From: Tubulanus polymorphus
Lineage: Eukaryota; Animalia; Nemertea
Length of the DNA: 64,000 nucleotides
Direction: 5' to 3'
Assembly (NCBI RefSeq): GCF_964204645.1
Contig: NC_134027.1
Span: 17,880,560 to 17,944,559 of the forward strand
The notes below the pieces were generated by a model. That model had not been told where the DNA came from, did not search any database, and saw only the letters and a list, made by a program, of their open reading frames with translations. Both the position numbers and the translations under genes were made by a program. Below are positions 38,356-50,319 of the stretch, piece after piece. Numbering within the stretch: the stretch's first letter is position 1; each line of letters begins with the position of its first letter.

Positions 38356-41300
38356 TTAGTGAGTTTCGACTGATTGTCGTTTCCCTTCGAGTGTGTACTT
38401 AGCATGAAATTCACGCCGAGGTTCATCTGAAACATCCTCAGCAAACAACCATTCCGTTTGAGAGACATTTTCGTATTTCACCTTGTATACCCGTTTACCG
38501 TCTTTCTTTCCACATTTTAGCACTTTGAGGATGCGTGGTGGCACTGGGAGATCTTCCCACTCTTCAGTAGTAATTTGAGTGTCTTGTGTTTTAGGTTGAT
38601 CCTCAGCCTCTGAGGGTTTCAATGTAGATGGAGTTTGAGGTGGATCTGGAGCTATATCTGACATATATGTGTCTAATTGTGGACGATCTCTTGAGTCGTG
38701 GTAGAGTGTTAGCGGATTAGCATAATGTCTTGCTTTCATTAGCTTATCAGTTTGACAATGACGCAACTTATAATGGTGATTATTGCCCACGTCAACGATG
38801 TAATAAGGGCCCTCGTGTTTATGATGTAGTTTGGCGGATAAACCCTTTGGAACTTTCTTTGTTTTTAACAGAACTTGGTCAAGGAGTTTGAATCCTGGTT
38901 CTTTTGCTTTCTTGTCGAATGTCTCTTTCATTTTCTTTTTATTTCGCTTGATATTCTCAATGGCTACATTATGTGTGGTGTCTAAAATATGAAGGAGATG
39001 ATTGATGAATTGAGTACCGGAGGTGCCAATATCCGACTTAAGTTGAAGACTAGTGTCGAACGGTACATTCATTTCCTTTCCAAAAAGCATATAGTAGGGT
39101 GCGAAACCAGTGGATCGAGTAGACGGTGACATCCTATATGCCATCATAATCCCTGGAAAGTAATCCGGCCAATTCCGTTGATCCTTGAGGTATGCTCTCA
39201 AACTTTGAGCAATGACGGAGTTACGGCGCTCACATGTAGCATTGGTCTCTGGGTGATAAGATGTAGTGTTGAGCTTCTGTATCTGAAAAATCTCACAAAG
39301 TGCGGCTACCAGTTTTGAGAGGAAAACTTGTCCACGATCTGAGAGCAAGGTAGATGGTGCACCGTATCTCGCAATGACTTCCCTGAAGAGTACTTTCGCT
39401 ACCTCCTCGGCAGTCTGCTCCTTTATTGGTAGAGCTTCACACCAGCCCGTGAAACTGTCCACGATCAACAAGATGAATTTATAACCTTCATGGCTTTCGA
39501 CAAGTGGTCCCAGCGTATCAATGTGCATCCTCTCAAAAGTTGAAGCTACAGGTAGAGGGTGTGGAGGTGCTTTCTTTGCTTGTCGGTTCGTCTTAGCCCT
39601 TTTACATTCATCACAAGATGTGATATGAGTGGTGATATCTGACAGCATTCCTGACCAGTAGTATTTTTGTTTAAGCGCAGCGTATGTCCGTTCGATACCG
39701 AGGTGACCACCTCCAGCGATTAGATCGTGGTAGGAAGTAATTGCGTCTTCTCGTTTTTTTGTTGGTAGGGCTAGCGTCTGGATGAGTTTACCATTTGGAT
39801 TATCACCTTTGTAATTCGGCCTCCAAAAGTAGTATAAAACTCCATTACAAAGTTCGTAGCTCCCAGATGCCCAAATGATACGTTTTGCGATTTTTGTGGT
39901 ATTTGGTAGAGTTCCGTCTTTGAGGTAAGCATATATATCCTTGAAGCTTGGGCATTGACTCTGCATTAGCCCGATGTCTTCTTTTGGTAAAGACATTGAA
40001 GCTACTAGGTGATAAGCTGAGCTGGTATCTTCGTTTTGGTCCATGGCTTCTTTTATCCCCTCTTTCCATCGTTGTTGACGAGATTTCTGACTAGGAGCAG
40101 TTGTTTCTTCCAAGTTGATGTCTCTCAAACGTTCGTCTATGTTGGTAGTTATACATACATCGGCACGTTCAAAGTCTGTATCATCCGTGGGTGTAGTGTG
40201 TTCTGCATGTCTCATTCTGGAAAGTAGGTCAGCTCGTTCGTTCTTGGGTCCAGGTTTAAATTCCACCTCGTAATCGTAGTCCTGTAAAGCAAGTGCCCAT
40301 CGGTGAAGCCTTTTGGTCTCTGGCTTTATAGACTTGAGGAATGTCAGAGCTTGATGATCCGTAATGACCTTGAACTTGGAGCCAGATAGCTAGACTCGGA
40401 AATGCCTAATTCCTTCTACCACACCTAGACCCTCCTTTTCAGAAGTGTGATAGTTACGCTCAGCGCCGTTGAGCGATCTACCGTCATATGCGATGACCCG
40501 TGCCCTCTTGTCGTCACCCAGCTGTCCGAGAATGTATCCTATAGCATAATCTGAGGCATCCGTAGTTAGAATGAATGGCTTGGACATATCAGGGTACGCA
40601 AGTATTGGTGCTGAGGTTAATGCATCTTTCAATGTATTGAACGCCTTATTACAGTCGTCAGTCCATTTGAACTTGACATCCTTTTTCAATAATTCATTCG
40701 TCTAATTTGCTTCACGCCTTTTGGTCTCTCGAGATTTTTGATAACTGCCGTTTTAGTGGGGTCAATTTTGACGCCTTCTTTTGATGTGACATGACCTAAA
40801 TATATTATCTCTTTAAGTGCGAACTGACATTTTGACGGTTTTAGTGTTAACCCTGCTTCTCGTAACCGTTTAAATACTAAATCTAAATGTTCGAGGTGTT
40901 CTTCAAAATCGTGAGAGAAAATCAATATATCGTCAACATAAATCAATACAAATTTCCAGTTTAGACTCTCCAAAGCTTTGGCCATGACCGAGGCAAATGA
41001 TGCGGGGCTGTTTTTGAGTCCGAACGAGAGATGGTTCCATTCAAAGATGCCGTGATGCGTGATGAATGCTGATCTATGTTTAGTAGCTGGGTCTAACGGG
41101 ACTTGCCAAAAACCACTTGCTAAATCTAAGCTGCTGAAAATTTTTGCCTTAGCATCGCCTATCGCATCAATGGCATCTTCAAATCTAGGTAAGGGGAAAT
41201 CTATTTGCTGAGTGCAGTTATTAAGGCGTCTATAATCAATTGCCATGCGCCACTCTCCTGATTTCTTTTTCACCAGCACTACAGGGCTGTGCCAATTTGA

Positions 41301-42573
41301 ACTTGACTTAGAAACCATGTTGTATTTAAGCAGCTCGTCAACTTGTTTTTCTATCTCTTTTTTACCCTCTGCGCTGGCTCTATAGAATGGTAAGCTAACA
41401 GGTTTTGTACCAGGATTAACTGAATGGTAATTAATTGAATGGTAGTGCAAATTAGTATGACCCACTTCTGAGAGATCAGCCGCAAACACGTCCCGATTTA
41501 ATTTCAGAAATTCAAGTAGGCGTTGTTTTTGTTCTTCAGAGAGATCAGAGTTTGTTAAGTCAAATTCAACAGGTTTATTTACTTTGGTGTCATTTGTGTT
41601 GTACTGATTAGAAACACCCTGTTGTGTCTGTTTAATGTTTTGGTTGGGGTACTGATTGGCTTTCTGAGTTTGATGCGGATTTAGACTGTGAAAGTTCTGG
41701 CGCGAACTTTGAATAGACTTCACAGACTGACGACCCTGAGCATGATTTTTTTAGGTTGAGAGTTTCGAGTACGAGTTTGATAACTGTCACCTGTGTGACC
41801 TTGAGCGAAACTTGGAACATCATCGTCATCGATAGCCAATATAGATTCGTCTTGAATATCAAAACAGTTTGCTACAACTTTCTTTTTTGGTAAAACGACC
41901 GGTAGATCAGTAGGGTTCATAATGCGCATAACAGAATGTTTATTGTCGACTCTAGACAAACATTTAGCACCTACAACATTGAGCTGTTGTAAGTTAGAAA
42001 TCGGTTCTAAGAAACAAATACTTGGGATTTTATCACTGAAAATATTCACAGGGATTAGGGCTTCAGATCTTGGTGGTATGGTTGTTTTCTCTTATTAGTG
42101 CGTGCTAAACCGAAACCCGATGAGTTGAGGGTTGTAAATACTTCATGCTCATGAAAACTAATCGCGCGGTTTTTGAAACTAATTATGGCATCGTTCTTAT
42201 CGAGGAAATCTATTCCTAATATAAGTGGGTACTGCATTTGTTCTATCACATAAAACGTATAAGGCATAACAAGACCAGCAATATTAATATCGAGATAAGC
42301 TATGCCGTGTACACTGTGTTTTTCACCACCAACCCCGGCTATGTGACTGATGTTAGACGGTTGTAATTTGACTGGATTGGGTAACTTTTTGAGAGCACTA
42401 GTAGAAATACAACTGATTTGAGCCCCAGTATCAATTAACGCGGAGAAACGTCTTCCAAATACTTTGATCGAAATAGAATTTTGATAGAGTACTTCAGTCA
42501 CATTAACCGTAGGTGTTGGTTCAGTGTTAGGGTGCCCATCCGGCGGCTCTTGACCGTGGATAGGCGCGCACCC
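38356..42573 (-). pseudogene. Gypsy pol: protease, RT, RNase H, integrase with GPY/F motif and chromodomain-like tail; several stops and frameshifts
   Basis: LIDTGAQIS; SPVVLVKKK, LDLASGFWQV, YVDD; LTTDASDYAIG; H..H..CDEC, HID, SDRG, CERRN, EGPYYI; tail YKVKYENVSQTEWLFAEDVS. Confidence 0.93.
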
Positions 42574-43653
42574 CTATTGTGGACCTTGTTGTTGGTATTG
42601 CTGACGGTTTAAAAGGGCTGCACGGCTTCGGCATTTCTTAACGAAGTGCCCCTTGATTTTGCAGTGATGACAAATTGCATTACGAGCCTTACATGACCTT
42701 CTGTCCACACAGTACTCACCACAATATTGACACGATGGTCGCACCTGCTGCCCTGGTCCTGTTTGGTAGTCGGTAGGTTGTTGTTGCATCGGGATGGGTG
42801 ATGGTTTGACGTGTTGCATTGGTGGAGAGTTGATCCCTTGTACGTCATAGAAGTCCATGTGTCGACTTGGTTGAGGTGCAAACTGTTGAGTACCGTACTG
42901 TTGCTGAGCTGACTTCAGTTCGAATATTTCTTTCATGAGTTTTTGTTGGCTGTTTTGTAACACAGCCATCATGGCAGTTATCTGGTCTAGCTGCCCACTG
43001 TGATTTGTTGCCATCACCGGTGCTGCTACTGGTGTCGAGGTAGCGTTTATTGTCCTTTCCGCCGAGACTGCTTTATCAGATAGTTCTCTGATTGTCTTAG
43101 GTTCCATTGGCATGACAATCCTCTTAATGTCGTCGTTTAGTCCATTTATGAGTAGGGCAACACGTGCCTTTTCAGGGAACTCCACATCTAACTTATGGTG
43201 AATTCTCTCCAGATACGTGGCTACACTCTCGGTTGGTAGTTGTTTAGCCATTAAAACAGAGAGGTCGGTTGGGCCTGCGGCTGAGGCATATCGTGCCATG
43301 AAAGCTTTTTTCAATAGATCCTCATTCGCTTGAGTAGCTTCAGGTAGAGAAAAGTACCATGTCTGGGCCGATGGTGATAGTTGCAATGGAAAGAAACTGA
43401 GACGCTGGTCTGGCCCTAGATTGTGCCCTTTTGCAAAAGCACTCCAAAGAGCCCACCAGATTGTTGGGTTCTGATTAGTAAATTTATCCAATCCTACTTG
43501 CGGCATGTTGGGTCGGCGAACAACACTAGTTTGTTCCGATTTGTTGAGTGTAACCACTTCTCTAACTGGCGAGTTGGTTCTTGGGTTGTTTCTCGAGTTG
43601 TTTGATCACTTCTCAATCGTCTTCCAGGAAAATGACTTTAGATTCAAGACCAT
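42574..43653 (-). pseudogene. Gypsy gag
   Basis: Capsid-like core (LSPSAQTWYFSL, QLPTESVATY) and CCHC knuckle CHHCKIKGHFVKKC. Probable true start MVLNLKS at 43653, in frame but interrupted by one TGA. Confidence 0.88.
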
Positions 43654-43698
43654 TAAGCATTTAGGCCTAAGTATAAAATTACGAGACAGTTGAACTTA

Positions 43699-44291
43699 CC
43701 TTAAAAAGATGAGTTAAATACAAATATAGTTTTGACGTAGAGAGTTGTTTATTTGCTGACGTCCTGAGTCAGAATGTTTGATTTTCCTTCTCAAGATACT
43801 CAGCTGGCCCATCACCAAGGGGCGGGTCAACAAACAAACAACACTCGTTGATTGGTCAAAACTAAGTCCAACTTCTCAAAACAATAGATTGATCTGCTAA
43901 TTGTACATAGTAACCGTCTAGGCAGAAACAGATTGAGCATGCTCAACAGGTGCAAACAAAGCTGGTAGACCTGTGAGATACTAACAATTAGTTGAATAAC
44001 ATGATATTACTAATTAATGGTGACTGGAGACAGAACGTCCAGTCTGAAAAGTTAGAAACAAAGGTTTAATTCTCAAACAGGTTGACACTGTCTATACTTG
44101 GTAACGATTATGAATAATGTACAAAACGTGAAATGATGGTCTAAGGTGTGAATAATGAATGACCCTTCTGACATGATAATTGTTGATATTTGAGGAATAG
44201 AATATAACTAATTTTGAAATAATAAAATACTAAATCACATTTTGAGTCCTAATATAATGGTTAATGGAAACCGGCCTTTCCTCTGATAATA
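43699..44291 (-). repeat. Gypsy 5' LTR (593 bp, lacking the last 51 bp of the 3' LTR)
   Basis: About 99% identical to 34699-35291; similarity ends at AAG|GTAAGT. Confidence 0.9.
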
Positions 44292-45171
44292 ATATTGTCC
44301 GTGAATTTTACGAATCTTTCGTTCATGATGCAGCTCTCTTCACCTGGGCACAAGATAAGTGCTTGATATAAGTTAAAAGCTGAAATGCTGAAATTTTTTA
44401 TGTCCCTGAAAATTAATGGCTGTCCCGGAAAATGGGGATCTCTGTCCCTCAAAACAATTTTCAAGGGTTGGCAGCTCTGAAGAAGATCGGCGGGGTTGAT
44501 GGGTTAGGGGGTGAGCCATCGTCCATCCGTTTGTTCGTTTTTTGATCAATTCCAAATTTGGTATGAATGTTCTATGGGGCCAATGCCAATAAAGTTACAG
44601 GGCCATTTTTTGGATTCGTCCTCCAGGGGCTGCCCCATGGGGGTGCAGTTTCTATTTCTTCAAATTGCTACTAGTCCTACAGTTTTAATCATTTAATTCC
44701 AAATTTGGTATGAATGTTCTTGGGACCACGGCCTATGAAGTTACAGAGCCATTTTTGGATTCCCCCCAGGGGGCGCCCCTGGGGTTGGAGTTTCTATTTC
44801 TTCAAATCGCTTTTGGTCCTACAATACCTACAAAGTACTGAGCCCTTTTTGGATTTGGCCACAAGGCGGCACCCCTAGGTATGCAGCTTCTATTACTTCA
44901 AATCACACTGCAGTGTTATATAAGCCAATAGGCTCCATGTTTTTGTTTGCTGAGCATTTCACATAATTTCATAAGTGGGTGTGGTGTCCCTGGACTCCTA
45001 GCATTTGAGAGAAGTATCCTGTCAGCTGAGTGAAGTCATTGATGTTTGGTCTGTTCGTGATTCTTAATAGATTTTATTTCCTTAACTTGAAGCATTCCAG
45101 AACCTATTTTAGATCCTTTGGTCTCAGTCTTGGAGAATGATTAGAGCTGATATATGCTTCTATTTATTCAG

Positions 45172-45220
45172 CTTGGAGTCAAAATAACAATGTCCCACGA
45201 AACTGAACCGCTTGGAACTG
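45172..45220 (+). CDS. GMPPB: GMPPB coding exon 3
   Basis: LGVKITMSHETEPLGT; 49 nt; AG/GT borders. Confidence 0.97.
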
Positions 45221-45312
45221 GTAAGTGTATGTGCTTTGAATTAGAACAAAGGATCAACAAGAATATTACTTACAGAATTGTAGAATTGTTTTCTGTTACT
45301 ATTCAATTGCAG

Positions 45313-45455
45313 CTGGACCTCTGGCTCTTGCTCGAGATATTTTAGGTCAAGGTGACGACCCTTTCTTCGTATTGAATAGTGATATTATTTGTGATTTTCC
45401 ATTCAAAGAAATGGTTAAGTTTCATAAAGCGCATCAGAAAGAGGGAACCATTGTG
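45313..45455 (+). CDS. GMPPB: GMPPB coding exon 4
   Basis: [48 protein letters not shown]; 143 nt. Confidence 0.98.
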
Positions 45456-45609
45456 GTAAGTAGGAAATATATGGCTATTGATTAGCTTTGTATTTTTCTA
45501 TGCATTGTGCCTAGTTTTTATCGAAGTGCCTTATTATGATCCTCAGTGTTCAGTGTTTCGATTCATTCTGTTCCACTTGGTGGATCGTTAGACTAGCTCC
45601 AGGCCTTAA

Positions 45610-46719
45610 CCCTTTCGGTGCGTCTACACCGCAGTGCGGTGTATAAATCAGTGATGGATTTTGCTAGTACACCGCACTGCGGTGTATTGATGTAATTAGT
45701 AATTTGTAATTATCTCTATTGAAAAATGGCGGCAAGTGTCAAACATAGTGAAATACTAGTAACTAACGATACACTGCACTGCGGTGTAGACGCACTATAG
45801 CAGGGATGATAATTTTCCGCCGATCGGCGGATTTCCGCCTTTTAAATCAATTTTTATCATTTCTCAGATCAATGCATATCCGTTGAAAAAATGGGGGGGG
45901 GGGGTGGGGGGGTTAGGATGATGACTGTGGTTTTCCAGCATTGTAAGGATAGATTGGCATGACCATAAAAGCGTTTCCCGATCTATTTTTAAATGCGATC
46001 ATTTAGCGGTATTTGTATCCTAACAAAGTTTTCTCTGTCGTTTGGCCGACGCATGTCTGGATATATGTATATGTATCTACATTATTGATTTTTCATCAAG
46101 TAGTGGTGTTTTTAATACGTACATGCTTATATTTTAAACACGTGTGTGTGGTGTGACAATGCGATATAGAATCATGTGGAAAATTTTAGTTTTTTTAAAT
46201 GGAAATCTAGCTTGTTGTAATATCAGTACTGATATTAGTTCGTAATATCAGTACTGATATTAGTTCATTAATAAAGGATGCTGGAAAATAAAGTCTAATT
46301 CAATTATCTATTGCGTGGGCGAGTGATCGTCGCTTTCAAGAAGATTGATCAATGTGGGATTCGAACCTACTAGTTACATTATAGTTGTCTCTGCATCAAT
46401 TATGTCCCTGCCGTCTTGGAACTAGCAGTGTGTTGTGTAAAACATGGACGATGTTGTTTGATTTTTTGGCTTTGCAGAGAGAAATTTCAATCGGAAAACT
46501 GCTGAAAAACGATCTGAGACGATGTGAAAATCAAAAATTTTCTGGGGGAGGGTAATTACTTCGCGCCTACGGCGCTCGTTTCCGCCTTTTCAACATTGGT
46601 CTGTTATCATCCCTGACTATAGTGGTATTCCCATTGTTCAACACACTAGGGTGGAATTTTTTAGAATTTTCAAATTTTCTCCAGCACTAGAGGGTATTAA
46701 TTAGTCAGCACTGAAAGGG
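45610..46719. mobile_element. piggyBac-like MITE with TTAA TSD
   Basis: ttaa-ccctttcggtgc ... gcactgaaaggg-ttaa; internal acaccgcagtgcggtgt palindromes. Confidence 0.8.
45801..46615. mobile_element. hAT-like MITE nested in the piggyBac-like MITE
   Basis: TIR cagggatgataa / ttatcatccctg; actatag (7 bp) duplicated on both sides. Confidence 0.8.
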
Positions 46720-46723
46720 TTAA

Positions 46724-48170
46724 AGGGTAACTGACACTTTTTTAAAGATTTTCTACTTTTTATACTAAACGATATATTATATTATACAACAAGGCTAGGT
46801 GATTTCATGATTGGAAAGATCTTTTCAATCTAGTCAGAATTGATGATTTTGATGTTCGCGCACCTGTTCAGTGTATACATTGCTTCTGCTGAACGCGTGG
46901 TACTGTGTCTATTAATAGAACTACGTCGCTAAAGTGACGGCTTAGAAATGATGTCTATAGAAATGAATAGGAAATAAGCTACAAGAGAGATTCAACTTAA
47001 TTTTATACCTATTTGGCATTCAAATTGAGACAAAATGCCTCTTGATTTTGAAAGTCTACATATTAATGATTATAATTAGCTGTTGAACAGTCCATATCCG
47101 TTCAAACAAAGCTCAAAAATAGGATGCGAATAGCAAACAGTGGCATTTTCTAGTAGACAGCAAGGAACACGGATGTTTAAATCATCGTTTTGTATTATCA
47201 TTTAGTGATATTAAGTAAGATCATGGTTAGATCTAAGAATATTTTGACTTATGAACTGATGAAACTTAGATAGAATTAGCCGCAAGAACAATTTCAATTG
47301 TTTTCTTGAAATATACCTCGTATTGGTGGCGGCTTTGGTCACAAAATTAGAATATTTCCTCATCCATCCTATTTTAAAACTTAGAAATAATGTCTGTGAA
47401 AGATTTGTGATGTAATCTATCAAAACTCTTCTGCAGCGTGAAACTTTTATCGAAAAACATTATTCCTTTGAATATTTGTTGTAAAGGCTGTAGAAATTTA
47501 TTGAAAGTTTTTGTAGAATTTTGAAGTGTTAGTTTTCAGACTACTTAGTCTTAAATGACTATGAAAAATAGTAAATAGTAAACAAATATGAATCTATTTA
47601 TTCTTTAGCGAGATTGATTGAAATCTGCGATCGCTTATAAGACGCTGTATACACTGTAGTATGCTTGTGGTGCTGAACTTTAGGTGAACTATGGAGCAGC
47701 AGTAACAGTGCTGAGAGCTTAGTATAGTGTACTTTAATAGCTTCATAGCATCGGATTGAAATCTCCATCTTCAATTTGATCGATTTAGCCTATTCAAATT
47801 ACTCATTGATTCTTTGAAATAGGTTTATGCAATAGACAATAGATCCTTTTACCTTCCTGGCCAGTTTCAAAGCTGTAAAACAATCTGGCATTGAGATATA
47901 ACAGAAAATACACGCAGTTTCCTCAAAATTCAACGCATTTCTATAGACGCTATTTCTCAGCTCTGCCTTTAATGACGTTGCAGTGCACACCTGCTGATTC
48001 AGCCGACGCTGAACAGTAAGCGATGTAAACAACGAAATGAAGTAAATCTTGTTACAAAATCACAAATTGTGTGTAAACTAAACATTTTAGAACAGAACGG
48101 TTGAAGATGAGTGTATAGATCAATAGAATACATCATATTTTGAAATTTAAAAAAAAGTGTCAGTTACCCT
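46724..48170 (+). mobile_element. Kolobok-like non-autonomous element with TTAA TSD
   Basis: ttaa-agggtaactgacactttttt ... aaaaaagtgtcagttaccct-ttaa; the first 260 bp resemble the reverse complement of 13920-14180. Confidence 0.8.
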
Positions 48171-50319
48171 TTAAGGTACAGCTAGCAGTTGGCCTTTGGT
48201 TAAGTTTGTGAACAGCTTCAAAACAACCATGTTAACACATGATTGTGAAGTTTGTACCTCATGGACTGCATGGTCATTGGTCTATGTCATGGGTTCTTAG
48301 TGACTGTGCCGAGAGTGCACTGTATTCAGTGGTCATGGTAGATACTTTGTAACCTTGATAGTGTATATGGATTAAACATGCACCATGGCTAAAATGATAC
48401 CTTCATTTCTCAACCCCTCTATTTGTATCTAAGGCAATATCATCCATACCGACGACGATTTCGTTGATCGAGCTTTTATTTCGAGCCTCAGGACCGTTGG
48501 TCTAGTTTTCAAACTTGCAGGAATGCCAACTGCTCCGTTTTGCCTTGAATCCACCTAATACCTTCAACTTGCATTGTATCTTCCCTATAACCTCAACTCT
48601 TTGTCTAGTACAGTGGAACTTCACTTGGACCTGACTTGCAAATGTGTAAGCACTACAGTGTGATAGCGTTACCAAGCAACCTAACTTGTCTTCAACCTTA
48701 ATTCGAGTTTTAATTTCTATGTCTCCATCGTCATATTAAAAAGTTTCTTTCTAGCTGACATTTTTAGTGATCTCTAGTGTTTGAAGTGAGGTTTTATCGA
48801 ATCCAACACATTGTCAGGATATCATACTTAAAAGGCCGACGTCCAGTATAAAAGGGAGACATGGCAGTATCTCTGAACATGGAGCTGTCAACAGCTCAAA
48901 CGGTTGAAACTGGTATTTTCCTTGGATTATCTCTGTCAGTTTACCGATTTGGACCCTCGTTTTTGTCAAGGATATGTGTGAACGTATAACATATTCATTT
49001 CTATGGTTTAAATTTTGGTTTAAGCCCTCCTTCATGCATAAATTAGCAATTTACTAAGTACATTCTTGGAATTTTCTAATCTTTGAATGACAAGCTGGGA
49101 GTTTTCCAGTGAAACAGCGCATCACACACGGCACAGTTAAAGTATCATGATACCTATAGTCATAAAAATGTATAAACAAATCAGTTGCAGCTCAATAGTA
49201 CATAATTTTCAGTATGATCTAAACTCACTATCAGTAATATTGTGTCAAAATCGAACAAAAATTGCGTAAATTGAAAAAAACTGTGATTTTTTTCGTTAAA
49301 TCCTATATTGCTGGAGCGATTTTCATCAAAAAACACGTACAGAATCAAAACTTTTATCAAAGAAATATGAAAAAAGTTTTCTTAATTCGTCAACTGTGAT
49401 ACTGTGTGAAGCTAGTGTCAGCCAGATGTGTTTGTGTAAACATTATAAACTGACTGTGAGATGAGTCTATGGTGGGTTGTGGCCTACACTGAAAATCTTA
49501 ATTGCTATACCACCGGATTTTCGGTGCCTTTGAAAATCGGCCTTTAAAGGATTAAAGGATTGATGATGTATAGTAAGTAAAATAACGCTTCCTAAAAACT
49601 TGAAGTGTAAGATTTTTTGGTTTACCTTTGTCAGCAGTATGAGGTTGGCATTGAGCCAATTCATGTAAAATCGCGGTACGTTTTTTATGTGAGCATTTTT
49701 TTCATTGGTTCTCGGGTTTAACGACGTATAATCGATGCGATTGAAGACATGACGGGTTAAACGACGTATAATCGATGCGATTGAAGACATGACGAACCTC
49801 CGTCGATGACATTGTCAACTTAGTTTAAATTCGACTAAAAACTGTTTTTGGCGGGAAAATTCTTAGCTCTTGCGTATAAAATTGCAATGACCGGGGGGGG
49901 GGGGGGGGGCGGTCGTCGTCTCTACGAGCGAATGTGATTGGCTGTTTTTGGGATATAAGGGGAATTCCAGCGCTACTAAAATAATTATGGGAAAGCCATT
50001 AATGGCGAGCGTTTCATTGGACTGGTGCCGTATATGTGCAAATTTTAAATGCTCTTTGTTTGTGAGAATATAATTATTTCACATATCGCCATAGGTATTG
50101 TTTCATTTTAATACCCAGTGATTGGTGATTGAGATTGAAGTGAAGCGAATGTTCACTACACAAGGCCTCCACTTGCGCAAAAGTGCTAAACATTGGACTG
50201 TTGCACACACAAATACACGCTCATACAGACTACTATATGGTGATGCTGTAACGCTGCTTGGCGCGTGCACGTTTGGTATGATAACAGGCTGAATAATTGT
50301 AGCAGAAGATGAGCGCTGT

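Larger units (their letters stand above)
34648..44291 (-). mobile_element. Gypsy/Metaviridae LTR retrotransposon with env, antisense in GMPPB intron 2
   Basis: LTR copies offset by exactly 9000 bp; ATAT TSD (34644-34647 and 44292-44295); TATTA...TAATA termini; PPT ggagtgtgggagag before the 3' LTR; order gag, PR-RT-RH-IN, env. Confidence 0.95.
34276..44479. mobile_element. hAT-like MITE split by the Gypsy element
   Basis: TIRs cagagctgtcaacc / ggttggcagctctg with subterminal tgtccc motifs. Confidence 0.75.
34252..44940 (+). mobile_element. HINE-like element, family 3, split by a hAT-like MITE
   Basis: ttttagctccgctgttaccgaag...aagatcggcgggg hairpin interrupted at 34276; then a gtccatccgt microsatellite and tandem units of about 130 bp (ccaaatttggtatgaatgttct at 44551 and 44699). 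Confidence 0.55.
32395..45001 (+). mobile_element. Diverged HINE family 1 copy spanning nearly all of GMPPB intron 2, split by nested insertions
   Basis: 5' hairpin at 32395, 154-bp-type units at 33850-34250; the consensus breaks after attgaaa (34250) and resumes at about 44945, ending gtggtgtccctggactcctag. Confidence 0.7.

Noticed and set aside
49714-49793. Short tandem duplications (about 39 bp here, about 25 bp near 46217)
   Set aside because: Ordinary slippage duplications with no further structure.
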